Below, one piece after another: positions 1-12,885 of a stretch of DNA of 64,000 nt. Under the pieces are notes generated by a model, which was given only the letters and a program-made list of their open reading frames with translations, ran no database searches and was not told where the DNA came from. The stretch lies in NCBI RefSeq assembly GCF_036321535.1, contig NC_087447.1, positions 36,768,001 to 36,832,000 of the forward strand, written 5' to 3'. Position numbers and translations under genes: made by a program. Within the stretch, counting starts at the first letter, position 1. The number at the start of each line of letters is the position of its first letter. The DNA is from Camelus dromedarius (lineage: Eukaryota).

Positions 1-1050
1 TACTCTATATCTACCATAACAAACCTTAACAAGAAGCCTCAAAAGGATCAAGATGATCTGTGAGTAAATGAATACGCATCAGAAGAAAATTCATACTATT
101 TAAAGGAAAGGAACAAATTCCAGACACTCAGCAATATAATATATATATTGTCCAATATCCATTAAAAACACCAGACATATGAAGAACAGGAAAATATAAC
201 CTGTAAGCATGAGAAAAAAAATCAGTAGAAACTCAGAAACTACAGAGATAATAGAATTAAAATTGCTATTATAAATATGTTAAAGAATTTAAAGAAAAAC
301 ATGAATATAATGAAAGGAAAATGGAAACAATAAAAAGGAACACTTAGAAATATAAGAAGTGAAAAATATATCTGAAATGCAAAAAAAAAAAAACAAACCT
401 TGAAGGACTTAAATGCCGCTAATTAGCTGTAGATTAAAAAATTAGTTAAACTAAAGACAGTATAATAGAAACCATCCAAACAGGAGCATAGAGATAAAAA
501 GACAGAAGAAAAAAATAAACAAAGCCTCATAGCTTTTAAGAAATAATGGTGTACCATATGTAAAATTAGAGTAGCTAAAGAGGATAGACAAAATATATAT
601 TTTTTGAAGAAAACAATGGCTGAAAAAATTCCAAATTTGCCAAAAAATATAAATCTCCAAGAACAAGGAGGATAAACACAAAGAAAAAAATATATCAAAG
701 CACATCAAAGTAAAATTGCTGAAAAATAATGAAAAAGAACCTTAAAAGTGGCCAAAGATACATTGTTTGTAGTGAGGCAAAAGTAGAAATTATCCCTGAC
801 TTCACATCAGAAAAAAGAAAAGTTGGAAACATTGCAATGGCATCTTTTGGTATCCTAAAGAGGAAAAAAGTAACCTATATTTAGCAAAACTATTCTTCAA
901 ATCTGAGGTGAAATAAAGACATTTCAGACAAACAAAAGTTCAGAGAATTTACTGCCAGCAAGTTTTCACCACAGAAAAAATTTAAAAATCTTGTCAGCTA
1001 ACAGAAAATAATTCTTGATGAAAACTTAGGTTTTTAAAAAGAAATGAATA
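1..1050 (+). mobile_element. Old degenerate L1 (L1M-type) ORF1 region
   Basis: A-rich sequence with ORF1-like remnants, e.g. gaagaaaacaatggctgaaaaattccaaatttg (about IMAENFPNL) and tgaaataaagacatttcagacaaacaaaag...agagaatt. Many stops and frameshifts. Confidence 0.75.
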
Positions 1051-2811
1051 GACTTAAAAAAATGGAAAGATATCCCATGCTCCTGGATTGGAAGAATCAA
1101 TATTGTTAAAATAGTCATACTGCTCTAGGCAGTCTACAGATGTAATGCAATCCCTATCAAATTACCCAGGACATATTTCACAGAACTAGAATAAATCATA
1201 GTAAAATTTATATGGAATCACAAAAGACCTAGAATTGCCAAAGCATTACTAGAGAAAAAGAAAGAGGCTGGAGGAATACCTCTCCCAAACTTCAGACAAT
1301 ACTACAGAGCTACAGTAATCAAAACAGCATGGTATTGGTACAAAAACAGACATATGCACCAATGGAACAGAATAGAGAGTCCAGAAATGAACCTACAAAC
1401 TTTTGGTCAACTAATCTTTGGCAAAGGAGGCAAGAACATACAATGGAATAAAGACAGTCTCTTCAACAAATGGTGTTGGGAAAACTGGACAGCAGCATGT
1501 AAATCAATGAAGCTAGAACACTCCCTTACACCATACACAAAAATAAACTCAAAATGATCAAAGACTTAAACATAAGACAAGATACAATAAACCACCTAGA
1601 AGAAAACATAGGCAAAACATTATCTCACATACATCTCAAAAATGTTCTCCTAGGGCAGTCTACCCAAGCAATAGAAATAAAAGCAGGAATAAACAAATGG
1701 GGCCTAATTAAACTTACAAGCTTTTGCACAGCAAAGGAGACCATAAGCAAAACAAAACGACAACCTACGGAATGGGAGAAAATTTTTGCAAAAGATGAAA
1801 CTGACAAAGGCTTGATCTCCAGAACATATAAGTAACTCACATGACTTAATAAGAAAAAAACAAACAACCCAATCCAAAAATGGGCAGAAGATCTAAGCAA
1901 GCAATTCTCCAATGATGACATACAAATGGCCAATAGGCACATGAAAAAAAATGCTCAATATCACTAATTATCAGAGAAATGCAAATCAAAACTACAGTGA
2001 GGGATTACCTCATACCAGACAGAATGGCCATCATTCAAAAGTCCACAAATGACAAATGCTGGAGAAGCTGTGGAGAAAAGGGAACCCTCCTACACTGCTG
2101 GTGGGAATGTAGTTTGGTGCAGCCACTGTGGAAAACAGTATGGATATTCCTCAAAAGACTAGGAATAGACTTACCATATGACCCAGGAATCCCACTCCTG
2201 GGCATATATCCAGAAGGAACCCTACTTCAAAAAGATACCTGCACCCCAATGTTCATAGCAGCACTATTTACAATAGCCAAGACATGGAGACAGCCTAAAT
2301 GTCCATCAACAGATGACTGGATAAAGAAGTGGTATATTTATACAAGGGAATACTATTCAGCCATAAAAATGACAACATAATGCCATTTGCAGCAACATGG
2401 ATGTTCCTGGAGAATGTCATTCTAAGTGAAGTAAGCCAGAAGTAGAAATAAAAATACCATATGAGATTGCTCATATGTGGAATCTTAAAAAAAAAAAGAA
2501 CATAAATACAAAAAAGAAATAGACTCATAGACATAGAATACAAACTTGTGGTTGCCAAGGGGGTGGGAAGTGGGGAGAGACAGACTGGGATTTCAAAATT
2601 TGTGGATACTGACAGACATATGCAGAATAGATAAACAAGATTATACTGTATAGCACAGGGAAATATATACAAGATCTTGTGGTAGCTCACAGCGAAAAAA
2701 AAAAATGACAATGAATATCCGTTCGTGTATGACTGAAAAACTGTGCTCTACACTGGAGTTTGATACAACATTATAAAATGACTATAACTCAATAAAAAAT
2801 GTTAAAAAAAA
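1051..2811 (+). mobile_element. Relatively young 5'-truncated L1: ORF2 C-terminal part (frameshifted), 3'UTR and A-tail
   Basis: ORFs 1354-1557, 1554-1835 and 1979-2380 encode L1 ORF2 motifs ([42 protein letters not shown]). G-rich 3'UTR, AATAAA at 2791, then an A-rich tail. Confidence 0.95.
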
Positions 2812-2829
2812 GAAAATTGCTCGTCTAAA

Positions 2830-3662
2830 TTTGAAAAAAAATGGGCAAAATATTTGAATAACACTTCACAAAAGAATATATAAAAATGGTCAATAAGTAT
2901 ATGAAAGTATATTTTATTCTTTAGCCATTAGGGAAATGTAAATGTAAGTTAAAACCACACTGAAATACCATTATATACTCACTAGAATGACTAAAACTAA
3001 CACTGAGGTGTTAATGAGGATATAAAGTTAACTAGAACTTTCATATATTGTTGGATGTGTAAAATGATGCAGCCACTTTAGAAAACTTTTTGGCAGTTTC
3101 TTATAAAGTCAGGCATATAATGACCCCACTTTCAGAAAAAAATCAATTTTTTGAGGGGAAAAAGAGACATATATTCATAAAAACACTTATGAATAAATTT
3201 TTGTTGTAGCCTCAAAATGGGAGAAACCCTCATGTCCAAAACATGATGAATTGGTAAACAAATTGTGGTGTATTTATACAATGGAAATCTACCCATTAAC
3301 AAAAAGGACCAAATTTTAATACATCCTGCAACATGATTGAATTAAAAAACTGTATGCTAATTGAAAAAATCCATATCCAAAAAGTACATACTGTGTACTT
3401 TCATTTTCATAAAGTTCAAGAGTAGGTGAAATTATGCTGTAGCAATAGAAGTCAGATCAGTGGTTGCCTGGGCTAGGATTATGGGTAATTGACTGAAAGA
3501 GTATAGGATATATTTTTGGAAATGTTCTATATCTTCTTTGTGGTGGCAGCTGCATGAGTGTATAATTTGACAAAATTCACCAAACTTACATTTATAATGT
3601 ATACATTTATTATATGATATATATTAAATTATACATCAATATAGTTAATTAAAAAGAATAAA
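2830..3662 (+). mobile_element. Old L1M (L1MC/L1ME-like) ORF2 end and 3' end
   Basis: atgggcaaaatatttgaataacacttcacaaaagaa..., gaagtcagatcagtggttgcctggg, ggaaatgttctatatctt and an A-rich end are typical of ancient L1 3' ends. Confidence 0.8.
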
Positions 3663-4789
3663 GTAGTTTAGTTGCTGCTTGACACACACAAAGTGATCTT
3701 CAGTACATTAAAGAATTTGTTTTACTACTTACCGTGTACAGAGCTTTGGGTTAAGTAGTAAGGAAGAACACAAAGTGGTATTGGAAACATTCCCTTGCCA
3801 ATAAGGAACTTACGATTTAGTTAGGTAACGAAGTATGAATTTTACCATATATTTAGTCATATGGTGCATTTTAAAATTGGTAAGTAATAGCAGTGGTAGA
3901 TGTAGAAGAAAGAGTTACGAAGTTTGAAGTTAATGAGTTGATAAATGAAAAAAATATTAAAAGCACAATGCCTGACAGGTAATATGTACTCAGCAAGTGT
4001 TATTTTTGCTTTTCAGAGAATGAGAATTTATACTTGAGGTAATAAACCAAGGGATAATTGAGTAGGTGGTATTTAATGTAGGCACCGCAGAATAGGAGGA
4101 TTTTCCATAAGTATCAAGAAGTGGGGAGATACTCAGATCAGGACGATTTCATATTCAAAAGTGTGGAAGTGAAAAAGCACAAGACATGTACAGAAGAATG
4201 AAATATGTTTGGTGTACTCATTTGAACAGAATAAAAAGCTTCATGTAGTAACAATAGGAGATGAATCACTAGGGCCAAATTATGGAGAATCCTTAAAGCC
4301 AACTTGAATGTAACCTTATTTTAAGTTGATCCCTTATGGATTGTCAATACATAAATAAAACAGATAAGGATATTTTATCAGTAAAAACTTATTTTGTAAC
4401 TTCATTTTAAATATAAACTCAGTTAAGCAGAACAGCAAAGCTGTTTTGATGAACATGGAACTGAAATCATGGCTTATCTTAGATAGGAGTTGTTTTTAAT
4501 AAACCTCAGCTTCCACTTTATTTCTGCTGTATTTTCTTTTGGTTGTAACATGTTCAGAAAATCCTAATTCAGATAACTAAATAATTGTAAATAGCAGTCC
4601 TACAGCATTTTACCTTAACATTGTTGCATATCTTTCAGTGAAGCAAGAGGTTTATTTCAAGGTTTACATAATAAATGTGTTATTCTGGTAGTACAAGTTA
4701 ATGCATTGGTGGTTTCCAGTGTGTTCAAATTTGGAACATAACACCTTTGAGTGTGTATGACAGTATTTGTTATGGTATTTATGTTGCTT

Positions 4790-5310
4790 AGTCTTTTTTT
4801 TTTAAGTTGCAACTGGCAGAAACCCAACTCAAACTTGTCTAAGCAAAAATAGGAATATATTGGCTTACATTATCAAGAATCCCAGGAGCAGAATTTGGCT
4901 TTAGCTATTTTGGGATGTAAGTATGCTAACACGATGTAAAGATTTTTTTCTCTATCTTTTCCTATCTCCACTCCTCTCTACTTTTCTTGGTATTTTTGGC
5001 TTAATTCACTCTTATTGCAGATAGGCTCTCTCCATGTGCCAGGGAGGATGGCCATGATGATCCCAGGCCCACATGCTTGTAACTTTCAACCTGAGCATAA
5101 GTGAGTCTTTCTACATAGTTCCAGCAGAGAGTTCTGACTGGGTCAAATTCCTCCCTGTGTGGCTGGGAGGAGCAATAAGAGGCAGGAAGCAAAGCACTGT
5201 GGTTGACAACTACATCAGGACAATAGTGACACTCAGAAATATTTCCCCAAAGATACCAAAAGAAGGCATATAGGACACAGTGGACACACAAAAATTATTG
5301 TTTCCACAGT
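4790..5310 (-). mobile_element. MaLR LTR remnant (MLT1-like)
   Basis: gttgcaactggcagaaacccaactcaaacttgtctaagcaaaaataggaatatattggctta resembles the recalled MLT1J/K/L consensus. Confidence 0.65.
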
Positions 5311-5869
5311 TTAATGCAGTTTTTAAAAGGCAGTTAAATATGTATTTGAAAGAGTAAAATGAAATCGAACATTTGTAGAACCCAAAGAGCAGTGTCTCAT
5401 GTTAAATGGTTTGAATACGTTAGCCTTTGGCAATGGAGCATCAGAAAATAGTGTCAGGCTGCATAATTACTTCTTGTACATGAAGATAAAACCTAATTTG
5501 GGAAGGATTAGACTTCGAGTTCAACAGTATTTTTAAGCAGCATCTTAGCTACTCCTTTGTGGATGATATTTAGGAAAGGAAGGCTCTTAGTTCAAACATG
5601 GTAAGGCATTATGGAAAATGCAATATGGAGGAATAGGAAAACCCTCATACTGGAGTGTGTATGGGAGAATTGGCTGTTGGACACTATTGACTTTTACTGC
5701 AATACCTTGAATTTTTAGTGCCCTTCTCCAAAGAACTAGAGCGCTTCACTCCATATATGAAGCAATTAATAACAGATGAAATTACTCATTTTCTTCTATT
5801 GAATGCTGAATCGTAGAGACTATAAAACTGATGTTCGAATAGTGATTTAAATAGTCATTTCAGTAAAAC

Positions 5870-6020
5870 CAGCAATGAACTGGAGTCAGGGCTCTGTCAC
5901 CCACTGTTTGACCTTGGGAAAGGCAATTTACTTCTTATCTTGACTCTGTTTCTTCATTTCTGAAATGGGGTTTGTTCTTGGTGATCACTGAAGTCTCAGC
6001 TACAGCAGGAAGCTATGAGC
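5870..6020 (+). mobile_element. MIR/MIR3 fragment
   Basis: MIR core: tgaccttgggaaaggcaatttactt...ctctgtttcttcatttctgaaatggg. Confidence 0.6.
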
Positions 6021-6110
6021 CTCTGAATCACCTGCTGGATATTTCCCTCTTTTTCTATGTTAGCGTTAGCAGCAGTTGTACGTTGATAGATATGGGAAAG
6101 GAATTTGGGG

Positions 6111-6233
6111 TTTTTTTTGGGGGGGGAAGTAATTAAATTTATTTATTTATTTTTAAATGGAGGTACTGGGGATTGAACCCAGGACGTCATCATGCTAAGC
6201 ATGCGCTCTACAACTGAACTATACCTTCTCCCC
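6111..6233 (-). mobile_element. tRNA-derived camelid SINE (vic-1-like)
   Basis: Reverse complement reads ggggagaaggtatagttcagttgtagagcgcatgcttagc...cctgggttcaatccccagtacctcc (A/B boxes) with an aaat tail. Imperfect TSD aggaatttgg (6099) / aggagtttgg (6235). Confidence 0.9.
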
Positions 6234-6553
6234 TAGGAGTTTGGTTTTGAATGATCCTTCTGATAGTGTTCTAGGTGCGAAGCAGCTTTGGAAAGCAGAT
6301 GAGAGACACCTCTTACCTGCACATATAGAACAATATGACTTCTGTGAGTATATGTTAAGTGCCAGTTTTAAGGGGTTCCTATAAAAATTATCAGACTTTG
6401 TAGATCAAAACAGTGCAAAGAGAGATTATTGCACCTAATATGATGATGTCTGTATGTGTATTTCTGGCAGCTTTCAAATGTGGGGCTTTTTCTCTCTTAG
6501 GAACATGCCAAAATTTTGCATCTAACAGTTCTAATGACATTTTCAGTGGCTCC

Positions 6554-6557
<4 letters not shown>

Positions 6558-6591
<34 letters not shown>
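6558..6591 (+). repeat. (CA)17 microsatellite
   Basis: Direct reading. Confidence 0.97.
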
Positions 6592-6594
<3 letters not shown>

Positions 6595-9500
6595 CTCACA
6601 GTATATTATCTAGTAAAGTGGTTGTGGAATTAACATTTTTCCTGGAAGGAATATATCTAATTTAATGACCAAATCGTTTTAAAGCAGCACAACAGAATTT
6701 CACAGGAACTAAATCTATTTCTTCACACCGATCATGCATGTTTTACTCAAGCATTGAGTCATTAGCATGTTTATAATGGTTCTAATTTAGCACAACATTT
6801 TCTGAATTTTATCCTTGAGTCATTTACAAATTGTTCATATTGAATAAACAAAGGAAACAGATTGCATTTTATACTTAGTAATTTATCTGAAAGAAGAGGG
6901 GAGGGTTAATTGTTTTAAAGTTTTGGTCTGTTTGGGGAAGTGAGCCTGTTTTTTCATTGCTAGGCATAAATGCCATTTCTCATCTTTTCAGGGATGGGGG
7001 GAGGCTATGGAGGAGTAAAATGAAAAATTAGGACCAGGACAAGATTGGCCACTCCCAGAGGGGAGTGTGGAGCAAAAGGGGAGCTGGCACGAGATTATCC
7101 AAAACAGTTGGTGCATTCCTTAATGATCAAGTGCTTGAGAAGTCCAGCTCTTCCTGGCAGAGCATCTGTGTTGATGTTTATATCATTGCCCTGCTGTATG
7201 GGAAAGGCATGCTTTCTCTTGCTGCTTGGCTAAAAATAGCATGGAATATAGCATTGTATGAGATATTTTAAGATAGCAAAAACATTTAAGAGGTTAAAGG
7301 TTTGGCTTTTGGATCAAAAAAGATCAATGATATAACCCATAGTGTTCCTTACAGACTGAATTTTATCTAGAGTTTGTCAGTGATTTGAACTCTTGGTTAG
7401 GCAAGTTATTCTAGGTTCATTTGGTGCAGTCTGAAAAACCCACTTTACTGTCTTTTCTGTTCAGCTTCCCAGCGTGAAGAGCAGGACTGAAAACAGCCTC
7501 TATTTATACCCCCTTGCTTGTATTTGGAAAATCAGTTGTTTCATTGGAGAGAGGGAGAGAGAGAAGGAGAGCACGAGCAGTCGTTAGGGAGTGTGCTTTG
7601 TACGTTATAGTGACTTCAAAATAAAACTGGCACATTTTAGTGTCTAATTATTTTTAGTGAGCTTGGAGGGTTTTAATTAAAATTTAAGAGTACTCTTCAA
7701 GCTCTCCAGGCTCCAATTTTATCCCACTGTATTGTGAAGCACTTGTCACTGTGGAAAAATGTACAGTAACTGTCATGTGGGACTCTGTTTCCTAATGAAA
7801 AATGGGGGATTGATGATCAGCAAGGATCTAAATATATATTGTCAAAATTAGTTGTAGGCCAAGGTCAAGGATATTTTTGACAAGTTATAATTGTTTATTG
7901 GATACACAGAAAAGTTATTGCTTTTGAAATTTATGTTTCTTATGGTAAAAATAAAAAGGGATTGCTTTAATATTCTCTTAAGAGTTCATAAAGTAGTAGG
8001 AAGTCTGTATAAAGGAGAGCAGTCATTGTTTTTTTCCTCACTAAAGTATTTTAAAGATATTTTCTATGACATGATTCTAATGTTTTATCATTTCTAATTT
8101 GAAATATCACTTTGACAGAAAAGGAATAATGATGTGTTTATTCACAGGTTGTTTTAAAGTACGATAAAAAAGATTTTTTTCCATTATCCTTTTCTATTCC
8201 CTCATGATTTAATTTTAGTGATAATTTCTTTACTCTCTTTGACCCTTTATTTTGCACAGAATAGGAATTAATTCTGCTGCAGCTTTGTTTAACTAGGAAT
8301 AATTTTAAATTGTTCCTAACATATCATCATATAGATTTGGAAATAGATATCTCACATTCTATCACTTCAAATTTCCTTTGTACTGTAAAATTATTAGAAT
8401 GATAAAGCATTCCTGCTTACCCAGCCTGAAACCTAGGTATTTATGAAGCAGAAACATTTGTAATCCTATATGCAGGATATTTATAAAAAATTAGTTTTGA
8501 TTTATATCTTTTTTCCTTAGCAAAAGTTTATTGAAATAAAAAACCTTAAATTTGCAAAGGAAAAGAAGAAACAAAAACTATGCAACTGAGAATTAGTTTA
8601 TAACATATCAAAACCTTTTTCATCCTTGATTGAAATATAAACAAGAACTGAATTTCAACTCTTGATTTTTGATAGATTTGCTTTTATTACATTATTTACA
8701 AAAATTAGACAAGATAAATATAAAAAAGTCCTGCATTTCAGTGAATATGTATTGGTATATGGACACTAATTCTTTAAAAGTAAGAGGAATTAATTTTGGC
8801 CTTTTCCACTTTTATACTGAAGTGTTATGGCTTACTTTTATTTTTAATATGTACATATTATGATAACACTTAATACTATAATGTTGTGGTTCTTTATGTC
8901 AATTTCCAAAAGGTGTGTAGCTTCTCTCCTGTTTAGCTAAGACAAGTCAGTCAAAATACTAAAATTTGAGTAGTCAAACTCAGCTAGTAAAATAAACTGG
9001 ACATTTTTCATTGTTTTGAGGACTATGGCACTACCATAACTATATTAGTTGTTTTCAAGTCAATTGTGTAAAACATATTTACTTGTGTAGAATAATCTAA
9101 GAATATCTGGGTGATGTTCAGTCCTTTTTTCCATTTGGAATCCTTCATGACTGCTGAGTTAAAGCTACTCTACGAGATCTTGCTCTTTCTGTGTACGTAA
9201 TGCAAACTGGACTTCTTTAGTTTGACCTCTTTGATTTTAGCATTTGTGTGTGATCAGAGAGGGACAAAGTCTGACCTGATAACTTGCCTTTGTAAAGCTA
9301 GTGTCCTATTAATGTAGTTGAAGTATGTGGTATGAGGAGGATTTTAATTTTTGCCCTTACCTAGATATTGTTTTGAGTGGGAAATTTGAAAATACTAATT
9401 TTATTTTTAACTTTATTCATTACATATTTCCTCATTTCAAATTAGAAACATCTCTGTGGAGGCAGTAGTGTCCTCTGCCTATGCAGTATTTAGTAACAAT

Positions 9501-12014
9501 CTATATCTTCTGGTCCTTTTTCCCCCCACCTTCCTTGTTTTACATCACAGAATGAAGTATGCTTAGTACTAATTGTGGAATGCATGCCCTTAGAGATCTG
9601 GCAGTCAGATAATTAGGTGAGAAACCTAAGTTTTTCAGGAGATCTACTCAGAGTTTTGAATCTTCCTGGAATCTCCTAGACTTGAGATGAAATGCTGATA
9701 GAGTTGTATGTAGTAACTTTTATTGGCCTGTAGATAAAGGCAATCAGTGATTATTATTAAATATTTTTGTGGGCTATAAATATACATGCAAAGACTGCTT
9801 TATTTTGTCCCCTCAGTTTCTTCTACTGAAATGCAGACTCATATAGCTAGATTAATATAGCATTATGGTGAGGATTAATTTTCTAATAAGAATGTGAAAA
9901 TGTTTGAATTTATTAACTTATTAATGAGTAGCCTTTATGTAGAGCTGTGTCTACATGGTTTGATTTATGTTTGAAGTGTGTGTTCCTGTTGTCCATATAG
10001 TTCTATTTTTCTCCCATGAAGTTTCAGTATTCTTTTCTTGGAACTCTGAAAGATTTCAAGTCTATTAATAGAAATGAGAGACATATTTTAGCTTGTTTAC
10101 ATTTAGTGTATATTTAATCCTAGTTTATGAACTTGCTCTGAATTTGTGATCATTACTAGTAAATTGGGCTTTTGTATTGACCATTATAATATATGCTCCC
10201 ATCTCAAATTTTAACCAAACAATTATTCTTTAGCATTTATGTCAGTAATTATCAGTTTACTACAATGTCATCACTTATATTAAAGGGTAAATAAAACAAC
10301 AACTGAGTAGGATAGGAAGTTGAAGACATTTTGTTGATTATTCTTAAACATGATCTAATGTTATATGCATCTCTCTCAGAACTTTAAACCAGATTTGAAA
10401 AAAAAAGTAATCTCTGATAGGCATGGCTTTGAAGATTCTTAACTCTCAAACCTAGTATTATTTTTTCTATGACTTTAGCATAAAAGCAAAATAATACAGA
10501 ATGAAGTATATGCCTCATTTCTGAATGTAAGATAAAAGTACCATTTTGGAAATTAAATACAAACTGAACATGTGCATGTGCATGTAGAATCTACTGGAAG
10601 GTCACTTAGAATCCAATTTTTAATCACAGTGGTAGATCACTTGTTGACACCTAAGAAAATAATAGTAAAGAATGGAAGGAAAGGAGGAGAAAAGGGAAGA
10701 AGGGAAGAAGTAAGGGAAGGAGCAGAGAGCTTTCACTTAATAGAATCAAGCTGACTTCTATTTAGAAAGAACTTCAGCTTCTGTGATAGCGAGCTGGTAT
10801 GGGTGTTCTTCATTAACCGTTTCCCGACACGCTGATCTGGATTCCATCCATGCCTTAATTGATTGATCATGTCACGGACAAATGTTAATTGTCTTCACCA
10901 ATACTTTCTAACCATGCAGTGGTCTTCTCATCTCTTACCCAGGGCTCACTGTCTTTTTCTAAAGCTTATCTAGTTTCTAAAACCCTTTATATCCATCCTG
11001 ACCTTACTGTCATCCTGAAAAATTCAAGGGGGATTTAGAAGTTAGAGAAGAAAATGAAAGGGAAAATGCTCAAGAGATAGGTACTGATATGGGAGAGAAA
11101 AGACATTTGGAATTGAAGTAACTATTTTAAATATAATTTAAAAAAGAAGTTATCAGAATTTTGACACTTGGAATGTTAAAGTTTAATGGGAGTATGTTTT
11201 GCACTGAGGATTTAGTATTTAAATCTGCATTCCCTTTTGGAAACATGGCCTGTTTGTTAAGATTTGAGGCTTAAAAGATACACGTAAATAGTTGTAAGCA
11301 GTAGCTCCAGTTGTAAATCCATCCAAACAGAGAGAAACAAATAACTCATTGATAAAAATTTGCTAATTATTAGAACATTCAAAAATGTAAACTTATGTAA
11401 ACTTTATGGATCTTTATAGAAACAAGTGTAATCACTCCCTATAATCTAGTATGCTGTTTAGAAATGCAGCAGGTCAAATGGTGTTTAAATAAGGCATTTC
11501 TTGAAAAGATCATGCATCTCTTTTTATATAAAAGTTTTAGCTGTTTTCGTTACTGGGGGACAGAGAACATCTTGACTTTATTTTCTTTGCATTTTCCTCT
11601 AAATAGGTACTTAACAAAAGCTGCCATATGTCTATTTCTTTTTTAAGGACCAAATAGTTGCAGGTTGATTGGTCTTTTCTCCCTTGAATATTCATCATTC
11701 TTACTTGAATAGCACATGAATTTTGCTTGGACTTAAAAAAAATTAGCTGGATTAAAAGGAATAATATCTAAACTTAAACCTGTAGGAAAGAGTCCCTTGT
11801 TTTATACTATCAGCCTAGGAAATGATAAGTGCTGGCTGGATATTCATATAATTATAATGCCAAGATAAGGTTATTGAGCATTATCTTTTTTCCCCTGGGA
11901 ATAGCTTAAATAATCTTCTGGCAAAAATTTTAGTTGTGGCATTTTATAATAGAGTAATATAATTGTCTGTATCCTAGGATTAAAACAACAACATATAACT
12001 TCAATCATTTTTGA

Positions 12015-12278
<264 letters not shown>

Positions 12279-12639
12279 TGAATCCTAACATTAAATTCTT
12301 ATCTCTAATATTTATTTTTGAGAGAGTAAATGTATAGTGTGACCCTGAATTTTTATTCTTTCATAAGGTTTATAGAATGAAAGTTTTGCCCTCTCTTTTT
12401 ATTGGTCTATGAACATACAACTTATAGGATAAACCATTTCATTAATTTACTGAAGAAAAAGTATGTAAAAGAAAAAAAGTTATGTCAAAGATGAACAAAT
12501 TAAGTTAAATATAAATTTAGCCCTTCCTTTTGAAATAGTAATAGCTTAATTTATGAATCGAAATTATTGATTTGAATTTCTTCTGATCAAAAAGGGTAAA
12601 GTGTAACACCTATAAGAAAGGAGTTTATAGAATGTGCTG

Positions 12640-12885
12640 TTTATGGTTTATGAGTGGATTCTGCATCCAGTTTATCTTGTTCTCCTGGCTCTGCCACTTA
12701 GATGAGTGATTTTGGGCAAGTCACTGAAGTTTTCTATGTTTCAAATTCCTTGTATATAAAATAGGAATAATAAAAAGTACCTACCCTATAGGGTCCTTAA
12801 GAGAATTAGTATATGTAAAGCTTTTAAAACTGCCTGGCACTTAAGAAAGCGCTCATGAGGTTAACTTGTGGTCATTGTTATTAAC
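12640..12885 (+). mobile_element. MIR
   Basis: cctggctctgccactta...ttgggcaagtcact...aaaataggaataataaaagtacctacc...gcctggcac. Confidence 0.8.

Noticed and set aside
423..708. Phe/Leu-rich minus-strand ORFs resembling membrane proteins (also 15836-16910, 36235-36441, 61060-61248)
   Set aside because: Compositional artefacts of T-rich L1/L2 or low-complexity DNA.
1354..2380. Functional L1 ORF2
   Set aside because: 5'-truncated, lacks the endonuclease and RT core, and is broken by frameshifts and stops.
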